Below are positions 20,160-28,524 of a stretch of 64,000 nucleotides of DNA, piece by piece. Origin of the DNA: Alphaproteobacteria bacterium (GTDB lineage: Bacteria > Pseudomonadota > Alphaproteobacteria > UBA7985); the NCBI GenBank assembly GCA_965660945.1, contig CBFIBS010000013.1, positions 11,271-75,270 on the forward strand. Direction: 5' to 3'. Position 1 is the stretch's first letter. Every line of letters starts with the position of its first letter. Position numbers and translations under genes: made by a program. The notes beneath the pieces were generated by a model, which saw only the letters and a list, made by a program, of their open reading frames with translations, ran no database searches and was not told where the DNA came from.

Positions 20160-21527
20160 CTACTGCAAGGGCGTGGCGAAATAACGGTCGATGGCGTCAG
20201 CGATGCCGCGCACTAGCGGCTTGCGGCTGCGGGCCGTGCGCAGCATGTCGGCGTCCTGCGCGTTGGTGACAAAGCCCATTTCCAGCAGCAGCGATGGCAT
20301 GTCCGGCGCTTTGAGCACGGCAAAGCCGGCATAGCGGTGGGGCGGGTCGATGGTGACCCATGATTTCTGCAGTTCCTCGCTGAAAATCTCAGCGGCCTGC
20401 GCCGACGAATTCAGGGTCTCGCGGTGGGCCAGATCGAGCAGGATCGACATCAGGCCGTCCGAGCGTTCGCTGACCGGCAGGCCGGCGATGAAATCGGACT
20501 TGTTCTCGCGCAGCGCGAGGGCCGCAGCCTCGGCATCCGAGGCGTCATCGGAGAGCGTGTAGACCGACGCACCGCGCGCCGAGCGGCGTGGGTTGGCGTC
20601 GGCGTGGATGGAGATGAACAGGTCGGCCTGATGCCCGCGACCGATTTCATAGCGGTCGCGCAACTTGATATAGGTATCCCCCTCCCGGGTCAGGTACACG
20701 TCGTAGCGGCCGGTGGCCTCGAGCGCACTCTTGATCTCGCGCGCGGTGGCGAGGGTCAGATCCTTTTCCCGGATGCCGTTCTTGGTCGCGCCGGGATCCT
20801 TGCCGCCGTGGCCGGGATCGAGGACGATGATGCGGCGGCCAATCACCTGCGCGGGCACCGGTGGCCGGATCGCGGGCACGGGCAGCCCCCGATCAAAGCT
20901 CTGCACGGGCAGCATGGACGCGGCTTCGCTGGTATTGTGGCGCAGTATCTGTGCCACCGGCATACCGTCGGCGCTGGAGCGCGAGGTTTGTAGCGGCTGG
21001 GTAACGCCGAAGGTGACCCTGTTCTGATTTTGAGTCGCGTCTGCGGCGATCTCTGCCAGCGGCTTCAGCTCGATCTCCAGTGAATGCTGTTTACTGCCGC
21101 TCTGATCGAGGATCAGCGCGTTGGCGACCGCGACCGGTTCGAATAGGTCGAAAATGATGCGTGACGTCTGCTGGGTCTGGTGACCATAACGAACCGAGCG
21201 GACAACCCCGCCGGGCTGTGGCAGGTTGCCGGGCTGGATAGCCCAATGCACGGTCGGCATGTCGAGGATCAAGCGGTCGGGGGCCTGCGCGAGGGCGAGG
21301 CGATAGGCCAGCGTCTTGTCGACCCCGATGGAAATCCGGGTGCGCTGATAGCTCGGACTGACGGCGATACCGCTGATGCTCGGATGGCCAAAGGTCTGAG
21401 CGTGCGTCTGGGCCTGTGCCGTCCCAGCGCGCAGCGGCACGTCGGCCGCGAGCACGCCCCACAGCACGAGGGCGAGGCCGGCCGCAACGGCAACCTTCAG
21501 CATTTGAACAACAGCAGCGCGTCGCAC
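20160..21527 (-). CDS. amiC: N-acetylmuramoyl-L-alanine amidase (AMIN plus Amidase_3); the start may be ATG 21503
   Basis: LDPGHGGKDPGA, EKDLTL, FISIHAD and LLEMGF Zn-binding motifs; signal peptide and AMIN-like N-terminal domain. Confidence 0.93.
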   Translation of the reverse strand: MRRAAVVQMLKVAVAAGLALVLWGVLAADVPLRAGTAQAQTHAQTFGHPSISGIAVSPSYQRTRISIGVDKTLAYRLALAQAPDRLILDMPTVHWAIQPGNLPQPGGVVRSVRYGHQTQQTSRIIFDLFEPVAVANALILDQSGSKQHSLEIELKPLAEIAADATQNQNRVTFGVTQPLQTSRSSADGMPVAQILRHNTSEAASMLPVQSFDRGLPVPAIRPPVPAQVIGRRIIVLDPGHGGKDPGATKNGIREKDLTLATAREIKSALEATGRYDVYLTREGDTYIKLRDRYEIGRGHQADLFISIHADANPRRSARGASVYTLSDDASDAEAAALALRENKSDFIAGLPVSERSDGLMSILLDLAHRETLNSSAQAAEIFSEELQKSWVTIDPPHRYAGFAVLKAPDMPSLLLEMGFVTNAQDADMLRTARSRKPLVRGIADAIDRYFATPLQ

Positions 21528-21539
21528 GACCCAGAACCC

Positions 21540-22014
21540 TTGAAAACTTCGGGCCTTTTTCGAGTGATGGCCCGTGAACGGGGCATAAATCGAATCGGCA
21601 ATCAGAAAATAACAAATTAAAATATAACCTGAAAATAATGGTTTATAATGTTTTTCACAAGTGCAAAATCAGTGCTGTAACCCGAGAATTACATAAGGCG
21701 CAGCTGAGGTGCGGCATTTGAGGTGGACGCCCAAGGTTCCGAGGCTTAAGTAAGAGGGGCAGTACGGATGTCCGTGCTGTTTGATCGCAATTCTTACCGC
21801 GATGATCACGACGGCAGAAGCTGGGCGCCCGAAGCCAAAACCGACGGGGCCTTGCAAACATGGAGCGAGATAGCTCGCCCGTGTCTGAACTCGATAAATC
21901 GCGAATTGCGCCCGATGAACACCGGTTGCCACCGTGCAACCCGTAACATAGCTGCGCCGCTGGCGGATGAGCGCGATTGCGTCACCGCGAAAGCTGGCAG
22001 CAGCGTTAGGAGAT
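21540..22014 (+). promoter_or_regulatory. AT-rich divergent promoter region and long 5' leader of rne
   Basis: About 480-bp non-coding gap with an AT-rich core at about 21600-21670; long rne leaders mediating autoregulation are established. Confidence 0.5.
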
Positions 22015-25000
22015 ATGATGAGCAAGAAGATGCTTATCGACGCGTCCCGGAGTGATGAAACTCGGGTCGTGGTTATGGTCGACGGTCGGATCGAGGAAAT
22101 CGATCACGAAACCGCCGATCGACGCCCCATTAAATCTAACATCTATCTGGCCCGGGTGACGCGGGTTGAACCGTCCTTGCAGGCGGCCTTTGTCGACTAC
22201 GGCGGAAACCGTCACGGCTTTCTGCCCTTTTCCGAAATCCATCCTGACTACTACCAGCTGCCCGTCGCTGACCGCGAGGCGCTGCTGCGCGAGGTCGAGG
22301 AAAAGGTCGAGGAACGCCGCCAGCGCTTCCTGAACCACCGCGCCAATCCGCGCCGGGGCGGCCGTGGACGGGGGGCGCGCAGCAGCGAGACTGCAGCGGC
22401 TGTAGACCCGGAGGGCGATCAGCCCCACGTCGATTTCCCCGTCGATCAGAACGGCGATTTCATCGCGCCCGATGCCATGACGGCCGACAATCTTGAGGTC
22501 GGTGTCGACGATGCCACCGTCGCTGATGCTGCCGATGCTGCTGCTGACACCGATGCGGCGCCAGCCGAAGTCGAAGCCGGGGCAGCCGATGCGACGGTGT
22601 CGCTGACCGAGGCTGCAGACGATGCAGCAGCCGGAGCCGCCGACACGGGCGATGCCGAGAGCGATGGCAGCGACGCGGGTGACGAGCCTGCAAAGACCGC
22701 AACCGCTGCAACCGGCACCGACGACGACAAGGTCGTGAGCGACGATGCCGTGACGCTGGGCGATGCCGCCCGTGATCTGCCGCAGGACGACGATGAAGAC
22801 GATGGCAGCAGTGAAGACGACGTTGCCTCCGAGCAGTTGGAAGCCGAAGCCAGCGCTGACACCCACGACGGCGATGATAGCGGCGTCGACGGTGAGGGCG
22901 GGATCGAAGAACTACCCGAACGCGACCTTGTCATCGAGGAAGCCGGTGCCGGCGAAGACGAAGACGATAATGACAGCGATGAGGCGGATGCGGCTGAAGA
23001 AGCCGATGCCAGTGCTGAAGGTGACGACGAAGACGGTGACGGGGGCAAGAAGCCACGCTCGCGTCGACGCCGGCGTTCCCGCCGCGGCCGCAAGGGCGGT
23101 TCGGGCGACGAAGACAGCGCCGAGGGCGGGAAATCCGCTCGCGGTCGTTCAGACCGTGATGATGACGATGATGAAGACGAAAACGAAGACGACGTCGATC
23201 ACGACGAGGACGAAGAGGACATTTTCGATGAAGACGCCGAGCGTCGCTCGATCATGCACTCGATCATCTCCCGACGTTACTCAATTCAAGAGGTGATCAA
23301 GCGCCGCCAGGTAATGCTGGTACAGGTGACCAAGGAAGAGCGGGGCAACAAGGGCGCTGCCCTGAGTTCCTACCTCTCGCTCGCCGGTCGCTATAGCGTT
23401 TACATGCCGAACACGACCCGGGGTGGCGGCATCTCCCGCAAGATTTCCTCGCCCAAGGACCGTCGCCGGCTCAAGACCATCCTCGACGATCTGGATCTGC
23501 CGCAGGATATTTCGATTATCGTCCGCACGGCCGGGAGCCAGCGGACCAAGGCAGAAATCAAGCGCGACTACGAATACCTGCGCCGGACCTGGGACGGGAT
23601 CCGCGAAACCACGCTCAACTCCATGGCTCCTTCGCTGATCTACGAAGAAGCCAACGTGATGAAGCGGGCGATCCGCGACATGTATTCCAGCGATATGGAA
23701 GAAGTGCTGGTCGAGGGTGAAGAAGGCTACAAGGACGCCAAGAGCTTCATGAAGACCCTGACCCCGTCGCACGCCAAGCGGGTTCAGCAGTTCAAGAATG
23801 AAGGCACGTCGCTGTTCCAGCGCCACAAGGCCGAGCAGCAGCTTGATGCGCTGTTCAACCCGGTGGTGACGCTCAAGTCCGGCGGTTATCTGGTGCTGAA
23901 CCAGACCGAGGCGCTGGTCGCGGTCGACGTCAACTCGGGCAAGGCGACCCGCGAGCGCTCGATCGAAGAGACGGCGCTGGCGACCAACCTTGAAGCCGCC
24001 GAAGAAGTCGCGCGACAGCTGCGCCTGCGTGATCTTGCCGGTCTGGTAGTGATCGACTTCATCGATATGGATGAATCGCGGCACCGGGGGCAGGTTGAGC
24101 GTCGGCTCAAGGAATCCATGCGTGGCGACCGCGCCCGCATTCAGCTGGGGCGGATTTCGCCCTTCGGCCTGCTGGAGCTGTCACGCCAGCGGATCCGCCC
24201 GTCCGTGTTCGATACCACCATGGTCGGCTGCCCGGTTTGTGGCGGGATCGGTGTTGTCCGCTCATCGGGGTCGCTGGCCTCGTCGATCATGCGCCGGATT
24301 GGCGATCTGCTGCTCGAGCGTGACAATCTCGACCGGATCGAGATCGATGCGCCGACCGATGCTGCGCTGAAGGTGCTCAACGATCACCGCGAAGAGCTGG
24401 CCCAACTGGAAAACCAGCACGGGGTGAAGATCGCTGTGCTGCCGAACGCGCAACTGCACTCGCCGCACTTCCACCTGCGGGTCTACACCGAAGACAAGGT
24501 CGAGACCTTTGAAGAGGGCTACACCGCCGATCCGACGGCGCCGAAGAAAGATCGCCGTCGCGGCCGTCGTGGGGGTCGTTCTGAGGACCGGGACAAGGAT
24601 CGCAGCCGCGATGACGAAGAGGGCGGAAGCCGTCGTGGGCGTCGTGGCCGGGGTCGCGGGTCCCGTGGTGAGGGCGAGGACGAGGGCGACAGCCGCAGCG
24701 CTGACGATATCGACGATCGCGCCGACAGCGAAGACGGCGACGGCGAGGGCGGTTCCCGCCGCCAGCGTGGTAAGCGCGGTGGCCGTCGGCGCGGCAAGCG
24801 AGACGGTGAAGGCGAGGCCAGTGCTTCGTCGGACACCGGCAGCGATGACAGCGGCGACGAATCCGATCGCCCCGAAGTTGAGGCCGGTGAAGAGGGCGAT
24901 AAGCCCAAGCGCCGCCGGGGCAAGCGCGGCGGTCGCAACCGCCGCAAGTCACGCAGCGACGACGATGCAGGCGAAAATTCGGATACGGTGAGCGAAGCGG

Positions 25001-25467
25001 CGGATACCGCGGGTGAGCCAACCGCGGACGCCGAGGCCGCTGCTGCAGAAGAGGCACCGGCCGCTGACGCCGAGAGTGACGCTGACGATAAGCCTAAGCC
25101 GCGCAAGCGTACCCGCAGCAAGGCCAAGGCAGCAGCCGAGCCTGAGGCGGAGGCAGACTCCGGCAAAGCGGATGAGGCAGCGGCTGAGGCCGAGACTTCT
25201 GACGCAGCCGCCGAAGAAGAAAAGCCGAAAAAGCGCACCCGGGCACCACGCAAATCGACGGCCAAGTCTGCAGCCAAGTCTGCAGCCAAGTCAGAGGATA
25301 AGGCAGAAGATAAGGCAGAAGCCAAAGACGAGCCCCCCGCAGACACGACGCCAGAAGCCTCGGACAACGAGGGCGAATCTGCGCGCTCGGCGACACTGGC
25401 CGTGGAGCCGGACACGCCGAAGAAGGAAGGCCCCCGCCGCCGTGGCTGGTGGTCTCGCGGCAAGTAA
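22015..25467 (+). CDS. rne: Ribonuclease E
   Basis: KMLIDAS...RVEPSLQAAFVDYGGNRHGFLPFSEIHPDY, VDVNSG, IDFIDM, CPVCGG Zn-link and C-terminal RRGWW; AGGAG RBS before ATG 22015. Confidence 0.97.
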   Translation: MMSKKMLIDASRSDETRVVVMVDGRIEEIDHETADRRPIKSNIYLARVTRVEPSLQAAFVDYGGNRHGFLPFSEIHPDYYQLPVADREALLREVEEKVEERRQRFLNHRANPRRGGRGRGARSSETAAAVDPEGDQPHVDFPVDQNGDFIAPDAMTADNLEVGVDDATVADAADAAADTDAAPAEVEAGAADATVSLTEAADDAAAGAADTGDAESDGSDAGDEPAKTATAATGTDDDKVVSDDAVTLGDAARDLPQDDDEDDGSSEDDVASEQLEAEASADTHDGDDSGVDGEGGIEELPERDLVIEEAGAGEDEDDNDSDEADAAEEADASAEGDDEDGDGGKKPRSRRRRRSRRGRKGGSGDEDSAEGGKSARGRSDRDDDDDEDENEDDVDHDEDEEDIFDEDAERRSIMHSIISRRYSIQEVIKRRQVMLVQVTKEERGNKGAALSSYLSLAGRYSVYMPNTTRGGGISRKISSPKDRRRLKTILDDLDLPQDISIIVRTAGSQRTKAEIKRDYEYLRRTWDGIRETTLNSMAPSLIYEEANVMKRAIRDMYSSDMEEVLVEGEEGYKDAKSFMKTLTPSHAKRVQQFKNEGTSLFQRHKAEQQLDALFNPVVTLKSGGYLVLNQTEALVAVDVNSGKATRERSIEETALATNLEAAEEVARQLRLRDLAGLVVIDFIDMDESRHRGQVERRLKESMRGDRARIQLGRISPFGLLELSRQRIRPSVFDTTMVGCPVCGGIGVVRSSGSLASSIMRRIGDLLLERDNLDRIEIDAPTDAALKVLNDHREELAQLENQHGVKIAVLPNAQLHSPHFHLRVYTEDKVETFEEGYTADPTAPKKDRRRGRRGGRSEDRDKDRSRDDEEGGSRRGRRGRGRGSRGEGEDEGDSRSADDIDDRADSEDGDGEGGSRRQRGKRGGRRRGKRDGEGEASASSDTGSDDSGDESDRPEVEAGEEGDKPKRRRGKRGGRNRRKSRSDDDAGENSDTVSEAADTAGEPTADAEAAAAEEAPAADAESDADDKPKPRKRTRSKAKAAAEPEAEADSGKADEAAAEAETSDAAAEEEKPKKRTRAPRKSTAKSAAKSAAKSEDKAEDKAEAKDEPPADTTPEASDNEGESARSATLAVEPDTPKKEGPRRRGWWSRGK

Positions 25468-25496
25468 AATAACCGGAACGCAGGGACGAGAGACGT

Positions 25497-26610
25497 ATGC
25501 GCGCTGAAATTCAAGCGGTTGCCGAGGAGATTGAAAAATCCCTCGCGCTGCTGAGGAGGCACCTTTGACTGGGACAACGCCCTACGCCGGTTCGACGAAC
25601 TGACGGCGCTGTCCGAAGACCCTAACCTCTGGAATGACGCCGATTACGCCCGCAAGACCATGCAGGAACGCCAGCGGCTCGAGGTTGCGATCGAAGGCTA
25701 TCGCAACCTGAGCACCGAGTTGCAGGACTGCCGCGACCTGATCGAGCTGGGCGAGGAAGAGGGCGATCAGGAGACCGTCGCCGAAGCCGAAGCGCAGATC
25801 CTGAGCCTGCAGGCTCAGGCCGCCAAGAAACAGCTTGAATCCCTGCTCTCAGGCGAGGCCGACCCCAACGACGCTTTCATCGAGATCAACGCCGGCGCCG
25901 GGGGCACCGAGGCGCAAGATTGGGCGGGGATGCTGCTGCGGCTGTACTCGCGCTGGGCCAACGCCCACGGCTATAGCCTCGATGTGCTCGAAGAATCAGC
26001 CGGTGAAGAAGCCGGGATCAAGTCAACCACGCTGCAGATCAAGGGCGAGAACGCCTTTGGCTGGCTGAAGACCGAGACCGGCGTGCACCGTCTGGTGCGG
26101 ATTTCCCCATTCGACAGCCAGAACCGCCGCCATACCTCGTTCGCGTCGGTCTGGGTCAGCCCGGTGGTCGACGACAGCATCGAGGTCGACATCCTCGATA
26201 AGGACCTGCGGGTCGACACCTATCGCGCTTCGGGTGCGGGCGGGCAGCACGTCAACCGGACCGACTCTGCCGTGCGCATCACCCACGAGCCCACGGGCAT
26301 CGTCGTCCAGTGTCAGAACGACCGCAGCCAGCATAAGAACCGGGCGACAGCCATGAGCATGCTCAAGGCCAAGCTTTACGAACTGGAACTGCGCAAGCGG
26401 CAGGACGCGGCGCAGGCGGTCAATGACGAAAAGTCTGACATCGCCTGGGGGCACCAGATCCGCTCCTACGTGCTCCAGCCCTACCAGATGGTCAAAGACC
26501 TGCGCACCGGGGTGGAAACCTCGCAGACCGGCGCTGTGCTCGACGGAGAAATTGACCTGTTCCTCGAAGCCTCGCTGGCGGCTCAGCTGGGTGGTGACGA
26601 AGCCGACTAA
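25497..26610 (+). CDS. prfB: Peptide chain release factor 2, with programmed +1 frameshift
   Basis: ATG 25497 gives MRAEIQ...LLRRHL then CTT TGA C at 25563-25569; the +1 frame joins the ORF containing SPF and GGQ motifs. Confidence 0.97.
25554..25569 (+). promoter_or_regulatory. RF2 autoregulatory frameshift site
   Basis: Internal Shine-Dalgarno AGGAGG, 3-nt spacer, then slippery CTTTGAC. Confidence 0.95.
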
Positions 26611-26632
26611 GGGGCGCCGTTGATGGCGCCTC
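26611..26632. terminator. Hairpin between the convergent prfB and kpsS-like genes
   Basis: GGGGCGCCG-TTGA-TGGCGCCTC stem-loop; no U-tract. Confidence 0.4.
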
Positions 26633-26634
26633 AG

Positions 26635-27783
26635 TCAGCCTTTAGCATCCATGAGAGCGGCGACGTACTGCGCCAGCGCCCGTGCGGCCGGATCAGCGGC
26701 GGAGGCGGGCCAGCGCTGAAAGCCTTCGTCCCGTAACCATGTCAGAAACCGCCTGCGCCTGTCGGCGTCGAAGGACAGATCGCCCAAGCCCTTAAAGGCG
26801 GCCGCCAGCGCGGTCTGATCTTGCACTTCGAGTGTGAGACCGCGTCCACCGAAGAAGCTCTGTCCCAACGTCACCACCGGGCGGTCGTAGGCGAAGGCTT
26901 CCAGCCCCACCGATGAATTGACCGTGACCACCGCCGCGCTGCGAGCCAGCAAGGCTGCTGAAGACCCGTTGGCGATCACCCGCACTCGGTCACTGGACGC
27001 TGTTGCGCGCTGCAGGGCTTGGGCCTGTCCAACCGCGCAGGACGGATGCGGGCGGAACACCACTGCCACGTCGCCGGGCAGGGACCGGGCTGCCTCGGTC
27101 ACCGCGCTGATGAAGGCGGGCATATCCCCGACCCAGCCCCCGTGGACCGTGAGCTGGGTATCGGCAGCGACCTGCAGCGGGCAGTAAATGAACTGATCGG
27201 GCAAGGCTGCCGGCGTGCTACCCGTGTCGCGCTGAGCCGGGAACAGCCGGCCAAGCAGGCCGCGTTTTGGCCGCTGGCGCTGGGTGGCAGCGAACCAGTC
27301 GATGATCTCCGGGTCCGGCGCCGTGGTGAAGAAGCCGTCACCCTGCAGATGCGCCGCACCGGCGTTGGTCCCGCCCAGCCCTGCCTGCACAAAGCCGGGG
27401 TAGGCACAGCGCTCGAACTGAACCACCCGCAGGCCCGCGTGCTGCGCGGCGAGGGTCAGCAAGCCCCGACGACCGCGATAACCATTCCAGACCATCACGC
27501 CGCTGATCCCACGCTGCTCGAACAGATGCAGAAGCCCGTCCCACTGGCGACCGCGCAGCGCTTGGATCGCGTCCTGCTCCACCGGGGACAGGGGATGCAG
27601 GCGCCGTTGTCGCCGTTCTTCGCCCTCCAGCGCCAGCACGTCGTTCCAAACAGCTTCAGGCAGGCCCGGGCCACCGCGCAGGCTGGGCAGGCGCCAGTGG
27701 CGCTCCAGCGGGGCCGGGAGGTGGGGTGCGATGGCGCGAAACAGCGGCCGCGCCAGATCGGGCGCATTAAGGGTCAGATACAT
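26635..27783 (-). CDS. Capsule polysaccharide synthesis/export protein (KpsS-like, Capsule_synth family)
   Basis: YCPLQVAADTQL, FRPHP, VTVNSSVGLEA and TLGQSFF motifs; ATG 27783 chosen as start. Confidence 0.8.
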   Translation of the reverse strand: MYLTLNAPDLARPLFRAIAPHLPAPLERHWRLPSLRGGPGLPEAVWNDVLALEGEERRQRRLHPLSPVEQDAIQALRGRQWDGLLHLFEQRGISGVMVWNGYRGRRGLLTLAAQHAGLRVVQFERCAYPGFVQAGLGGTNAGAAHLQGDGFFTTAPDPEIIDWFAATQRQRPKRGLLGRLFPAQRDTGSTPAALPDQFIYCPLQVAADTQLTVHGGWVGDMPAFISAVTEAARSLPGDVAVVFRPHPSCAVGQAQALQRATASSDRVRVIANGSSAALLARSAAVVTVNSSVGLEAFAYDRPVVTLGQSFFGGRGLTLEVQDQTALAAAFKGLGDLSFDADRRRRFLTWLRDEGFQRWPASAADPAARALAQYVAALMDAKG

Positions 27784-27897
27784 GGCGCGCAGACTACAGA
27801 CTTTTGGCCTTGGCCAAAGGGCCTTGCCGCACTTTCCTGTGCGCAACCTGATCCACTATGGAGGAGGAACACCGCAGACCGGAAACAGCAAGCGGAC

Positions 27898-28278
27898 CTA
27901 GTCGCAGTCGTCCACCGGCTCGGGCTCGACGATGCACACCCCGTCGATGCTGACCAGCCGCCGGGAAACCAGGGGGAAGCTGGTAAAACCCAGCGTCGCC
28001 GGGATGGTGTAGTGTGACATGCCCATGGGCGCGGGGGTGTAGTAGGTGAAGCCTTGGACCGCGCGGTAGCCGCCGATCGGGATCAGACCCGGGTGGGCTG
28101 GCCCGTAGATCGGCGCACTCAGAGTGGCCGTGCTGTAGTAGGGGCCGGGACTGGACAGCGGACGCAGCATCGTCCGGCCATCATAGCCAACGGTGGAATA
28201 GCAGGCGGAGACCAGGGGCAGGCAGAGGGCAAGCAGCCCCAGACGAGCCCCACGGAAAAGGGTCAGATTGCGTTTCAT
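27898..28278 (-). CDS. Small hypothetical lipoprotein
   Basis: Basic N-terminus, hydrophobic stretch and lipobox VSAC; GAGGA RBS. Confidence 0.65.
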   Translation of the reverse strand: MKRNLTLFRGARLGLLALCLPLVSACYSTVGYDGRTMLRPLSSPGPYYSTATLSAPIYGPAHPGLIPIGGYRAVQGFTYYTPAPMGMSHYTIPATLGFTSFPLVSRRLVSIDGVCIVEPEPVDDCD

Positions 28279-28449
28279 GGTCAGCTTCGTTCCTCGTCGA
28301 TCACACGATCATTCGTGCCTTGTTTTTCGGATTTAGTGTAAAAGCCGCATGATTTTGAGCAAAACTAGCAGCCGGGCAGCCCGGTTTCCAAGCCCTTAAA
28401 CCCGATAGCGGGTGATTTACGGACCGGCGGCGCATTATCGGCAACGGGG

Positions 28450-28480
28450 AAAGAAAAAGGGGGTGCTGCGCGCACCCCCT
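28450..28480 (-). terminator. Rho-independent terminator
   Basis: Minus strand AGGGGGTGC-GCGCA-GCACCCCCT followed by TTTTCTTT, downstream of the caspase-like gene. Confidence 0.85.
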
Positions 28481-28524
28481 CGGGTCATTGGTTCCGGCCG
28501 ACTCGGGGCATTGGCCCTCTGACA

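Noticed and set aside
25660-26610. prfB as a truncated gene or pseudogene
   Set aside because: It is explained by the programmed frameshift from ATG 25497.
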